This document shows positions 1 to 17,898 of a stretch of DNA of 64,000 nt, piece after piece. The notes below the pieces were generated by a model, which was given only the letters and a program-made list of their open reading frames with translations, was not told the DNA's origin and made no database searches. The DNA is taken from positions 448,001 through 512,000 of the forward strand of contig CAWCPV010000004.1 in NCBI GenBank assembly GCA_963797555.1, read 5' to 3'. The position numbers were made by a program, and so were the translations under genes. This DNA comes from an uncultured Gammaproteobacteria bacterium (GTDB lineage: Bacteria; Pseudomonadota; Gammaproteobacteria; CAWCPV01). Within the stretch, counting starts at the first letter, position 1. Each line of letters begins with the position of its first letter.

Positions 1-509
1 GTCTGACCGAACGCCAGCGCGCCGAGCGTGGCCGTATCGAGCGTGCTGAAACCGTGGAACGGATTGTTGCGCACGCCTGCTCGGGCGACCGCCGCCTTGA
101 GGAAGGCGAGATCGAACGAGGGGTTGTGTCCCACCAGGATGGCGCGGCTGCATGCCTGCCTGTCGATCTCCTGACGCAGGACTGCGAACAGGGTTTCGAG
201 CGCCTCCTTCTCGGTCACGGCCAGGCGGAACGGGTGGTAGGGGTCTATCCCATTCACCGCCAGAGAGGCCGCTTCTAGCCTGGCGCCAGGAAAAGGCTTG
301 ATGTGGAAGGCATGCATCGCGGCGGGATGCAGGTGGCCTCGTGCATCGAACTCCACGGTTACCGCCGCCAGCTCCAGCAGCGCGTCGGTGCCCGCATTGA
401 AGCCCCCCGTCTCCACGTCCACGACGACCGGCAGCAGACCGCGGAAACGGCTGGCCAGCGCTGTTCTGGGGCGTGACTCCGGCGTCGCCTCGCGGGTCTG
501 CGCGGGCAC
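1..509 (-). CDS. rnt: Ribonuclease T (runs off window start; absent from ORF track)
   Basis: Manual minus-strand translation from GTG at 509 gives ...RFRGLLPVVVDVETGGFNAGTDALLELAAV...AILVGHNPSFDL...STLDTATLGALAFGQT, a DEDD exonuclease with RNase T motifs; lies directly after pyrC. Confidence 0.9.
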   Translation of the reverse strand, partial: MPAQTREATPESRPRTALASRFRGLLPVVVDVETGGFNAGTDALLELAAVTVEFDARGHLHPAAMHAFHIKPFPGARLEAASLAVNGIDPYHPFRLAVTEKEALETLFAVLRQEIDRQACSRAILVGHNPSFDLAFLKAAVARAGVRNNPFHGFSTLDTATLGALAFGQ

Positions 510-510
510 G

Positions 511-1545
511 TCAGGTCGCAAGCTGCCAGCGCAGTTCTGTACCGGCTGCGAGGGGCACCACGGCGTCGACGCCCAGTGCGAAGCGGCTCGGTACCTGCCA
601 GGACTGCTTGGCAAGCGTGATGGTGCCGTCGTTCCGCGGCAGACCGTAGAAGGCCGCCCCGTGACGGCTGGCGAAGCCATCCATCCGGTCCAGCGCTCCC
701 GCCTGCTCGAACACCTGGGCATATAGCTCGAGGGCCACCGGCGCCGAAAAGATCCCAGCGCAGCCGCATTCCGCCTGTTTCGCGGTCATCGGATGGGGGG
801 CGCTGTCGGTGCCGAGGAAGAACTTCGGATGACCGCTGATCGCCGCGGCAAGGAGCGCTTGGCGGTGCGTCTCGCGCTTGAGCACCGGCAGGCAGTAGTG
901 ATGAGGACGGATCCCGCCTGCCAGCATGGCGTTGCGGTTCATGAGCAGGTGGTGGGCGGTGATGGTGGCGGCCACATTATCCGGTGCCTCCCTCACGAAG
1001 TCTACCGCCTCCCGAGTGGTGACGTGTTCCAGCACGACGCGCAGGCCCGGCAGACGCCTCACTAGGGGTTGCAGCTCCCGTTCCAGGAACACCCGCTCTC
1101 GGTCGAAGATGTCCACCGCCGGGTCGGTGACCTCCCCGTGGACCAACAGAGGCACTCCGAGCCGTTCCATCGCCTCCATGACGGCACGAACTCGCCCCAA
1201 CCGGGTCACCCCCGCCTCGGAATGGGTAGTCGCTCCGGCGGGGTAGTACTTGACGCCCACGATGTGCCCGCTCTGCCGCGCGCGCGCCACTTCCTCCGGC
1301 GGGGTGCGATCGGTGAGGTAGAGAGTCATGAGGGGCTCGAACCGCAGCCCGCCCGGCAGCGCCGAAAGGATACGTCTACGGTATGCGAGCGCCTGTTCCG
1401 TCGTCTCTACAGGGGGCCGAAGGTTCGGCATTACCACCGCGCGCGCGAACTGCCGGGCGGTATGGGGGAGTGCGGAACGCAGCACATCGCCGTCGCGCAG
1501 GTGCAGGTGGCAGTCGTCCGGTCGGGTGAAGGTAATGCTGGGCAA
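511..1545 (-). CDS. pyrC: Dihydroorotase (homodimeric type)
   Basis: DDCHLHLRDG, VMPNL, YYPAGATT, HYCLPVLK and FLGTDSAPH motifs. Confidence 0.95.
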   Translation of the reverse strand: MPSITFTRPDDCHLHLRDGDVLRSALPHTARQFARAVVMPNLRPPVETTEQALAYRRRILSALPGGLRFEPLMTLYLTDRTPPEEVARARQSGHIVGVKYYPAGATTHSEAGVTRLGRVRAVMEAMERLGVPLLVHGEVTDPAVDIFDRERVFLERELQPLVRRLPGLRVVLEHVTTREAVDFVREAPDNVAATITAHHLLMNRNAMLAGGIRPHHYCLPVLKRETHRQALLAAAISGHPKFFLGTDSAPHPMTAKQAECGCAGIFSAPVALELYAQVFEQAGALDRMDGFASRHGAAFYGLPRNDGTITLAKQSWQVPSRFALGVDAVVPLAAGTELRWQLAT

Positions 1546-1595
1546 GGGAACTTCCCAGGAGAGCGAGCCTTTAATGTTGCTGTGAAGAAACGTTG

Positions 1596-1611
1596 GTTGC
1601 TATATAGCAAC
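1596..1611. promoter_or_regulatory. Perfect 16-bp palindrome GTTGCTATATAGCAAC, candidate operator
   Basis: Perfect inverted repeat in the AT-rich divergent gap, 8 bp upstream of a -35 box. Confidence 0.5.
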
Positions 1612-1619
1612 GATATATG

Positions 1620-1647
1620 TTGACAAATCAGCACAACGTAATATACT
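1620..1647 (+). promoter_or_regulatory. Sigma70-type promoter TTGACA-N16-TATACT
   Basis: Consensus -35 at 1620-1625 and near-consensus -10 at 1642-1647, upstream of an RBS and small ORF. Confidence 0.7.
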
Positions 1648-1680
1648 TATGCTATATGCGACAGACACAGGAGGTCTGCC

Positions 1681-1773
1681 ATGTTTGACATCTTTACCAT
1701 GAGCGGGATCGTGATCGCTGCAGTGGTAGGTGCCGTCGTGTGGCGCGCTTACCGTAAATGCAAGCAGTGCTGA
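1681..1773 (+). CDS. 30-aa single-TM small protein ending in CxxC (MFDIFTMSGIVIAAVVGAVVWRAYRKCKQC)
   Basis: AGGAGG RBS a few nt before ATG, promoter upstream, hydrophobic helix then basic/Cys tail; below the ORF-track length cutoff. Confidence 0.65.
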   Translation: MFDIFTMSGIVIAAVVGAVVWRAYRKCKQC

Positions 1774-1895
1774 GCGCGGACCGGACTGGCGCCTGAGTCG
1801 CACGAATGGAAGTCAGGACCGATAGCAACCTTGTCACTCCCCGTGCCGACCCCGGGCGCGGGCCCAATCCCGCGTGCGGGGGACCCACCGTCGTC

Positions 1896-3563
<1,668 letters not shown>

Positions 3564-3939
3564 TCATTCAAGCACAGCCCGGGAAGAGCCGTCAAAAGCG
3601 GCGAGGCAGGGCTGCGTCACCTCCCACGGCGCCGTTGTTGGGGCGCGCCGGGCGCCGCCCGCTGGAGACCGGACACGAAGCCTGGGAGAGAACGAGATCG
3701 AGATTCACGGAGTGGCGTGGCTGGCTGGGCGGCCGGCCACCTGTGCCGGAGCAACCTGCGGTAGATTGAGTCCCTTGCCGACGAATACGACGTAGGGGAC
3801 CTCCTTTTTCATCTTGCTCATGACCTTCGGGTCTTTCTCGATGTCGTACTCCCAGCTTACCGTATGTCTGCTCTGGGCCGCTCGCGCCAATCTCTGTTGC
3901 AGGCTCTCTCTCGTTGCAAGCTCTGAGATGAGCCAAGGG

Positions 3940-4452
3940 TCAGTCTGATGCATAGAAGGCGGCGACGTTCTCCAGTACCGCCTTGAGTTCCACCGCAGCC
4001 TTTTCCGCCGCCTTGTAGTGCTCGATATCCACCGACCGCGCCTCGTAGACGGGGTCGGTGAAGCCCAGGACTACGCGGCCTGGCTTGCCGGCCCGCGACG
4101 GCTCGCGAAACAGGGTGAAGCGGCAAGGGATGATGAGACTGACGTAAGGGTCCTCTTGAAGGGCCTGAGCCAAGTACTGGGATTTGCAGGCGAGGAGGAG
4201 CTTGTGCTGCAGAGCCAGGCCGTATTTCTTCATGCCCATATCTAGATGCTCGACCTCGATGACCTCCCAGTTCTGCCCTCCCAGCTCGGTCTTTAGCCGT
4301 TCCAGGACGTTGTAGATGTCCACCTTGGGCGGGAGGTAGCTCACATAAGCGTGCCCGTGGCTGAGCACCTTGGCGTCGCTGTGAGTACACGGCAAGGCCG
4401 AAAGTGTTAGCAAGAGGCCGAGGGAAAGCAGGATGCGGGGCGTTGTGCGCAA
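3940..4452 (-). CDS. DUF302-like exported protein
   Basis: Signal-peptide-like N-terminus; LLACK...SLIIPCRFTL pattern typical of DUF302. Confidence 0.6.
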   Translation of the reverse strand: MRTTPRILLSLGLLLTLSALPCTHSDAKVLSHGHAYVSYLPPKVDIYNVLERLKTELGGQNWEVIEVEHLDMGMKKYGLALQHKLLLACKSQYLAQALQEDPYVSLIIPCRFTLFREPSRAGKPGRVVLGFTDPVYEARSVDIEHYKAAEKAAVELKAVLENVAAFYASD

Positions 4453-4569
4453 CGTAAATCCTCTGCCAGCCGCAGTAGCGCCAGAGTATCTGGCACCGCA
4501 GTGCGGGCTGTCAACGCGGCGGGCGGCCCGCGAAATGGCGCCGGCAGCGCCAGTCCTCGCGTCGAGCCC

Positions 4570-8242
<3,673 letters not shown>

Positions 8243-8354
8243 GGAGTACGCGTTGGCTCAGAGCGTGTGCAGAAATCGTCGCGAGCGGCCCGAGAGCGAG
8301 GCGCACGCAGCGTGGCGGCGAGACTTATCCAGCAGATAGGCCAGGAGTGACCTG

Positions 8355-8577
8355 ATGGCAGGACGACCATTCGGCACGTCCGCGAGACGCCCCGAAGGGG
8401 TGGCGTACAGGGAGGTACGCCATGACCGAATGGCAGGACAGCCATTCGGCACGTCCGCGAGACGCCCCGAAGGGGTGGCGTACAGGGAGGTACGCCATGA
8501 CCGAATGGCAGGACAGCCATTCGGCACGTCCGCGAGACGCCCCGAAGGGGTGGCGTACAGGGAGGTACGCCATGACC
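8355..8577 (+). repeat. Three tandem 75-bp repeats inside a larger dispersed REP/MITE-like element (~8260-8605)
   Basis: Units start at 8355, 8430 and 8505 with no spacers; hairpin TGGCGTAC-AGGGAG-GTACGCCA; inverted single copy at ~37690-37740. Confidence 0.9.
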
Positions 8578-8682
8578 ACCGCGCGATGCGACGCGCAGCA
8601 GATTTTCGGGTGAAAGGCGGGCCGGGCGGCGTCTCGATGCGCGATTGCAGTTTCAAGTCGAAACCCCGAGAATATGCCCTGA

Positions 8683-12532
<3,850 letters not shown>

Positions 12533-12543
12533 CTTGAGCCGCA

Positions 12544-12837
12544 GTGAAGCTGCTGGTCACGGTCCTGCTGATACTGCTGGCGCTGTTGCAGTATCGGCTA
12601 TGGGTGGGCGACGGCGGCGTCGCCAAGGTGTGGCGCCTCCACAAGGCGACACAGGCGCAGCAGTCCGACAACGCGACCCTGGTTGAGCGCAACCGGGCGC
12701 TGGAGGCGGAAGTGCGCGACCTCAGGCAGGGGCTCGCGGCGGTGGAGGAGCGGGCGCGCACGGACCTGGGGATGATCAAAGAGGGCGAGACCTTCTTCCA
12801 GGTCATCGAGCCTCCCGGCTCGCCTGTGCAGCGCTAG
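12544..12837 (+). CDS. ftsB: Cell division protein FtsB
   Basis: TM helix, LQYRLWVGDG, coiled coil, EERARTDLGMIKEGETFF; conserved position after eno. Confidence 0.93.
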   Translation: MKLLVTVLLILLALLQYRLWVGDGGVAKVWRLHKATQAQQSDNATLVERNRALEAEVRDLRQGLAAVEERARTDLGMIKEGETFFQVIEPPGSPVQR

Positions 12838-12890
12838 TGTCATGTCGTAGGAATCGTTGCACGCCCGCGCGGGCCACGATCCCCTGTTTC

Positions 12891-12969
12891 GTCATTCCCT
12901 CGCGCTGGGAGCCCGAAGGCTTCTCTGGATTTCGGGTATCCGGCGCTGCGCGCACCCGTCCGCAATGAC
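12891..12969. repeat. GTCATTCC...CAATGAC palindromic REP-like element
   Basis: Imperfect terminal IR; similar elements at ~27787-27880 and ~39816-39889. Confidence 0.45.
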
Positions 12970-13026
12970 GGGACGAGACCGGCAGGGCCTTTTCCAGCCG
13001 CCAGCCCGAAGCGCGCGGCGTCCGGC

Positions 13027-13740
13027 ATGACCTCGTCCGAGCCCGTCCGCCACTGGGCGGTGATCCCCGCCGGCGGGAGCGGCCGCCGCATGGCGGGTAC
13101 GCTGCCCAAGCAGTACCTGCCGCTGGCCGGGCGGTCCGTGATCGAGCACGCCGTGGAGCGGCTCGGCAACCACCCGCGCATCTCGGGCGTCGTGGTCGCC
13201 GTCAGTGGGGGGGGTGCGCACTGGTCCTCCCTGCGCCCGGCCGCGCGGGCGCCGATCCTCACGGCTCCTGCTGGAGAAGAGCGCTGCCACTCGGTGCTGA
13301 ACGCTCTGCGGCGCTTGCGGGAGATGGCATCGCCCCAGGACTGGGTGTTGGTGCACGATGCCGTCCGGCCGTGCGTGCGCCGCGAGGACCTCGACCGGCT
13401 GATGCGGGAGGTGGCGGAGGACGAGGTCGGCGGGCTGCTCGCCCTTCCGGTGACCGATACCCTGAAGCGGGCCGACCCGCAGGGCCGGGTCCTGGAGACG
13501 GTGGACCGCGCCGGGCTCTGGCGGGCCGCGACGCCCCAGATGTTCCGCCTGGATGCGCTCTCGCAAGCGCTGCAGCGGGCCATCGACGAGGGCGTGACGG
13601 TGACCGACGAGGCGGCGGCCATGGAGCGCACGGGCCTGCGGCCGAGGCTCGTTCCCGGACACGGCGACAACATCAAGATCACCTACCCCCAGGACCTCGC
13701 CCTGGCGGAGCTGTTCCTGAGACAGCAGGCGGCGGAATGA
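13027..13740 (+). CDS. ispD: 2-C-methyl-D-erythritol 4-phosphate cytidylyltransferase
   Basis: [38 protein letters not shown]. Confidence 0.95.
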   Translation: MTSSEPVRHWAVIPAGGSGRRMAGTLPKQYLPLAGRSVIEHAVERLGNHPRISGVVVAVSGGGAHWSSLRPAARAPILTAPAGEERCHSVLNALRRLREMASPQDWVLVHDAVRPCVRREDLDRLMREVAEDEVGGLLALPVTDTLKRADPQGRVLETVDRAGLWRAATPQMFRLDALSQALQRAIDEGVTVTDEAAAMERTGLRPRLVPGHGDNIKITYPQDLALAELFLRQQAAE

Positions 13741-14228
13741 GGATCGGGCACGGATACGACGTGCACCGCTTCGGCTCGGACAAGCCTCTGGTGCTGGGCG
13801 GCGTGACCATTCCCTACGACCAAGGGCTCGTGGCCCACTCCGACGGCAACGTCATCATCCACGCCCTGTGCGACGCCTTGCTCGGCGCTGCCGCCCTGGG
13901 CGACATCGGCCGCCATTTCCCGGACTCGGACCCGGCCTGGCGCGGCATCGACAGCCGGGCGCTGCTCCGCCGCGTCGTCGCGCTGGTAGGTGAACGCGGG
14001 CTGAGACCGGGAAACGCCGACCTCACGGTGGTCGCCGAGGCGCCGAAGCTCGCGCCCCACGTGCCGCAGATGATCGAGTGCCTGGCGAAGGACCTCGGCC
14101 TGGCGCCGGATCGCGTCAACCTCAAGGCGACCACCACCGAGGGGCTCGGCTTCGCCGGTCGTCGGGAGGGAATAGCGGCCCATGCGGTGGTGCTGCTGGA
14201 GGAGTCCGTGGATCACGGTCCTGCCTGA
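13737..14228 (+). CDS. ispF: MECDP synthase
   Basis: [39 protein letters not shown]; ATGA overlap with ispD. Confidence 0.95.
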   Translation: MRIGHGYDVHRFGSDKPLVLGGVTIPYDQGLVAHSDGNVIIHALCDALLGAAALGDIGRHFPDSDPAWRGIDSRALLRRVVALVGERGLRPGNADLTVVAEAPKLAPHVPQMIECLAKDLGLAPDRVNLKATTTEGLGFAGRREGIAAHAVVLLEESVDHGPA

Positions 14229-14329
14229 GATGGCCGACTGGCAAGCCGGGACGTGCAACGTGGCCTGGAAGTCCGCGACGAGATCCGTAAGGCGGAACCC
14301 CTATTTTCTTTATAAATGGAGTCTGACCC

Positions 14330-15833
14330 TAATGGCACTTACTTAACCTTTTTCGGATGTCCGTTCTCGCGGATTTCTTCCCGTACGAGCTGTCTTGGCT
14401 TGCAGAGCAGCGGAAACGGTTTGGGTCGGCGTTGACCGCTCTTGGCTCGACGCGCCGGGGGCGTTTCCCGACCCGCTGCTCGGCGATCATCACGAGTAAG
14501 GCAGACAGAGTGACGGGGTCCTGCGCCCCGCCACGTTGCTGCCACACTGTCCAGATCTGGACGGTATGCTTGAAGCTGAGCTGGCGCGGGGTCTGATCGG
14601 CCAGCCAGGCGGCCTGGGCCATCAGCAACCGGATCAGATTGTAGGCCAGCAGATGAACCCAGACCTCTTTGATCGCCATCTCCGGGGTCTTGCAGCTCAG
14701 CATCTCCATGCCGAGCGTGGTCTTGATGTGGCGTAAGTCCAGCTCCACGTGCCAGCGCCGGCGATACAGCGTCTTGAGGGCGGGCTTCGGAGTGTGCCTG
14801 GGGCAGCAGAGCGTGGTGACCAGGGTCTTGCCGCCGGTGTGCAGCTCGCGCACCTGCAAGGTTTCGGGGGCTTGCGCGTAGTCGGCCTGGCGCATCCAGT
14901 CGGGCTTCTTGGGCCTGTGCAGCACGATGAGGTGGTCGCGCTCGCCGAGCTTCTCGCCCACAGAGAAGTCGATGCTGCGTCGCCGTGCCCCGTACTGTTC
15001 GAATACTCCGTCCACGCCCCGTTGCACCAGCTCGGAGAGCAGGAAATAGGTCGCGTAGAAGGCATCCCCCAAGAGGATGTCACCGGGGCGCAGGGTATCG
15101 AGCTGGGAGCGCAGCAGAGTCTGTTCATCGCTTCCCTTGCCTTGGCACGGGCCCGTGGCCACATCGAGCAACCCGCCACTGCCCAGGCACAGCAAAGCGA
15201 CCAGGCGGCACTGGGGAAAACCCAGGCCCGCCTTCTGGCTGGCCGGTTGCGGATAGGCCGCTTGATTCTCCGGTGTATCCGGCAGCACCACCGTCGCCCC
15301 ATCGACCAGACGCACCGGGCGACCCTGCCAGTGCCACATCGCCGGGGCACCCTCGGCGATCAGCCGCCCGGTGTGGCGGCACAGCCGCGTGACCATCTGA
15401 AGCGGCAGGCGCTGTCGTGCCTTGCAGTACGCCCCGGTGTGGGTACTGCATCGCGGCAGGCCGCCCACCAGGCGCTTGACCGCCGCATCATTCACCGCTT
15501 GCTGGCAGGAGCGGTCCGCCGAGAGCGTCTGCGCAAGAAACATCGACAGCGTCTCGGTGGGTGCAAACAGCCGCTCACGGTGCTCCGGCAGCAGCGACTC
15601 GACTTGCTCGAACAAGCGCGGGCCGGTGAGCAGGTTGAAAAACGCGTAGGAATCCGTGTTGGCAGCCTGATGACGAACCCGTCGCTGTTGCTGAACGCAG
15701 GCGCAGTGGCTAGGATGCATGAGGGCTGGCTCCCTGGGTGATGGACGTTGTGTTTGGCGACTCAACAGCCTATCACCTACGCCAGCCCTTCTGCATGCAA
15801 ATTCAGTCAGTTGCGCTTAAGTAAGTGCCATTC
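14330..15833 (-). mobile_element. IS4-family insertion sequence with 16-bp IRs and 11-bp target duplication
   Basis: IR AATGGCACTTACTTAA at 14331-14346 and its complement at 15817-15832; DR GAGTCTGACCC at 14319-14329 and 15834-15844. Confidence 0.9.
14339..15765 (-). CDS. IS4-family DDE transposase, frameshift near C-terminus
   Basis: VDGATV, LGDAFY, YRRRWHVELDLRHIK (YREK) motifs; expected tail KRRPKPFPLL...HPKKVK lies in another frame and ends inside the IR. Confidence 0.9.
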
Positions 15834-15974
15834 GAGTCTGACCCCATTCGGTCTGCCAACAGGCTCGGTCTGCCCAAACGCGCCAAATAGGGGGAAAACC
15901 GGGGAAAACCCCTCCTGGGGCCAAGCCCATAGTACATTTAATGCGCCCATAAATTTATTTGATCGACAACGCCG

Positions 15975-16319
15975 GTGCGAGAGACACACAATTCTCTGAT
16001 CATCGGGAATTATTTGTCTTCAGTGATTCTGTGTCGTTCTGTATTGGAGTATTGCTTGGCACAACAAGGACGAAAACATGGCATTAACGTTTTCCGGGTG
16101 AGTGGAGAGCTAAAGAAGCTGGGGGAGCTGGTCAATGAATATTCCGAAAGATTCGCTGAGCAGGAGGTTGATCTCAGGGGGATCAAGCGTCTTGGTGATG
16201 ACAGCGTTCATGTCAACGTGTACCAGAACAATGTCATTTCTTGGCCCAAGGTCGGCTTTGGCCATGCATTCAAGTCATGGGATGCTTTGAGGAAGTTGTT
16301 GGAGTGGCTGTATGGGTGA
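15975..16319 (+). CDS. DUF4145/HEPN-like domain protein, probably N-terminally truncated
   Basis: SSVILCRSVLE...IKRLGDDSVH pattern; visibly lower GC; no convincing start or RBS. Confidence 0.45.
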   Translation: MRETHNSLIIGNYLSSVILCRSVLEYCLAQQGRKHGINVFRVSGELKKLGELVNEYSERFAEQEVDLRGIKRLGDDSVHVNVYQNNVISWPKVGFGHAFKSWDALRKLLEWLYG

Positions 16320-16451
16320 CATTCGCAGCGGGCGAGCCCGGCAAGTGAAATCAACGTCAGAGGGTAGGTGGCGTGTGCGTGGGGGAGGCGTAGGTGCTTG
16401 ACTGGTGGCTGCTGGGTTGGAGGCTTGAGCGTACACGCCTACATGGCGGAG

Positions 16452-16844
16452 TTAGGTTTGGCTGGCAGCATTGAGAATGCCTTCAAGACGCTCTTTCAAC
16501 AACTGAGGGCCGTTGGCAGGCAGACAGTACATTACACACCAGTCTGGGCATTCCTCGTCGCCGCCGTGGTAAGCCTGCCATGCCTTGTTGAAGCGCAAGC
16601 GGTCAATGTTGCGGAGGTAACGCCGAAACTCGACTGCGGCGGCGCGATGCCTGGGAAAGACTTGAATTAAGGCAGCGTGCAGTTGGTGGCCCCGAAGGTC
16701 GCCGAAAACGGAAGGGTCGATGGCAGCGCGAAAGGTGGCGGCTGCGGCGCGCTTGGTGTTGAGGCGGTGAACGTACAGCAAAGCCAAGATGCCAAGAAAC
16801 CCAGTCAGCAGCGTAGCGGCCCAAGTGGGGATGAGGTCGTTCAT
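16452..16844 (-). CDS. Hypothetical protein with N-terminal TM helix in an integron-cassette-like context
   Basis: 130-aa ORF whose TAA lies within ACCTAAC; upstream GTTAGATTTGG is complementary to that end. Confidence 0.6.
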   Translation of the reverse strand: MNDLIPTWAATLLTGFLGILALLYVHRLNTKRAAAATFRAAIDPSVFGDLRGHQLHAALIQVFPRHRAAAVEFRRYLRNIDRLRFNKAWQAYHGGDEECPDWCVMYCLPANGPQLLKERLEGILNAASQT

Positions 16845-16923
16845 TTTGATTGGTGGGCGCTACTTGGGGCTATGGTGCCGATTTGGCTATTTGTTGCGGA
16901 CGGGATGTTGGCTCGAACCAAAT

Positions 16924-17406
16924 CTAACAGGAAATGGCGGGCCGGTACAACGCTGCCGACGGCTCAGACGGTGTACGAGCCTCGTTAGAGGGCACAAGGC
17001 AAGACCTGACCCGGGCTCTCCGACTACAGCGCTGGACCGCTTCCGCGCTGTCGTCAGGCCGGGAGTTGAAGCAGATCCTGGCTTGCGGCGCGTGTTCGTG
17101 GACGATGTTGATCAGCTTCTCGAAGAGCAGGAAGTTCTTGGGGATTGCTCTCACCCCGGCCCCGATCAGGACACAGTCGTAGCGATTCTGCTTCAACCGA
17201 TCCGTAACGGTGGCTGCCGCGGATACGGGATCGGTATCAGTGAGGCATAGCTCCGCCTCGAATCCGAGCGCGTTGAGCTTGGCCACATCCTGATCCAATC
17301 CCTCCTGCAACTTTTTCGCACCCAGATGGGCGATGTAAGCGTTGGCCGGGTCGGAAAAGTCGATTTTGGTGGGATCCATTCCCACGATGACAACCTTCTT
17401 CGTCAT
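16924..17406 (-). CDS. Conserved hypothetical protein, copy 1 (native stop lost, read-through tail)
   Basis: MTKKVVIVGMDP...DCVLIGAGVR...FEKLINIVHEHAP; AAGGAG RBS; near-identical to 17929-18315. Confidence 0.7.
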   Translation of the reverse strand: MTKKVVIVGMDPTKIDFSDPANAYIAHLGAKKLQEGLDQDVAKLNALGFEAELCLTDTDPVSAAATVTDRLKQNRYDCVLIGAGVRAIPKNFLLFEKLINIVHEHAPQARICFNSRPDDSAEAVQRCSRRARVRSCLVPSNEARTPSEPSAALYRPAISC

Positions 17407-17898
17407 AAGCACTCTCCTTTGGTGGCCTGAGACCGCGACATCGCAAGCGGTCTCCGCTCGCTTAACATTATGAGTAGACCGTGCCCTGGCCGCCGGACCC
17501 TCCGGTTCGTTTCCGAGCGAGCGATGTGCTTGGACGAACAGGCGGTTGCCTGACACCGGAGCACTGAGGAGGCTTGGCACAGTGGGCATCCCTTCCGGGG
17601 ATAGGTGGACATCGTCCGTCTATCCTCGCACGGGTCCGCGGCGAGTTCGTTCCGCTCAAGACGCGGCTCCCCCGCGGCCAGATGTCCTCGACCGCGCCTG
17701 GGTCCTCTGCGATGGCCCCCCATGTGCCTCCCGGTGGTCTGGTCCGCCACCTTTTTGCCGCCTCCCTCTGGGCGGACCGGCTTGCCCGTCCAACCTGCCG
17801 GAGGGAACGCCTTGCACTTTATAGCGAGAGTCTGACGAGCGCGCACCGGGCTATCAAGCCGGGCGGGAGGAGAGCGGGGTCAGGTCTTGCCTTGTGCC
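16991..17898. repeat. ~29-bp inverted REP-like repeats (GGGTCAGGTCTTGCCTTGTGCC core) bracketing a duplicated segment
   Basis: 16991-17020 is the near-perfect reverse complement of 17870-17898. Confidence 0.85.

Noticed and set aside
8355-8577. CRISPR array
   Set aside because: The 75-bp units are contiguous and near-identical with no unique spacers, and there are no cas genes in the window
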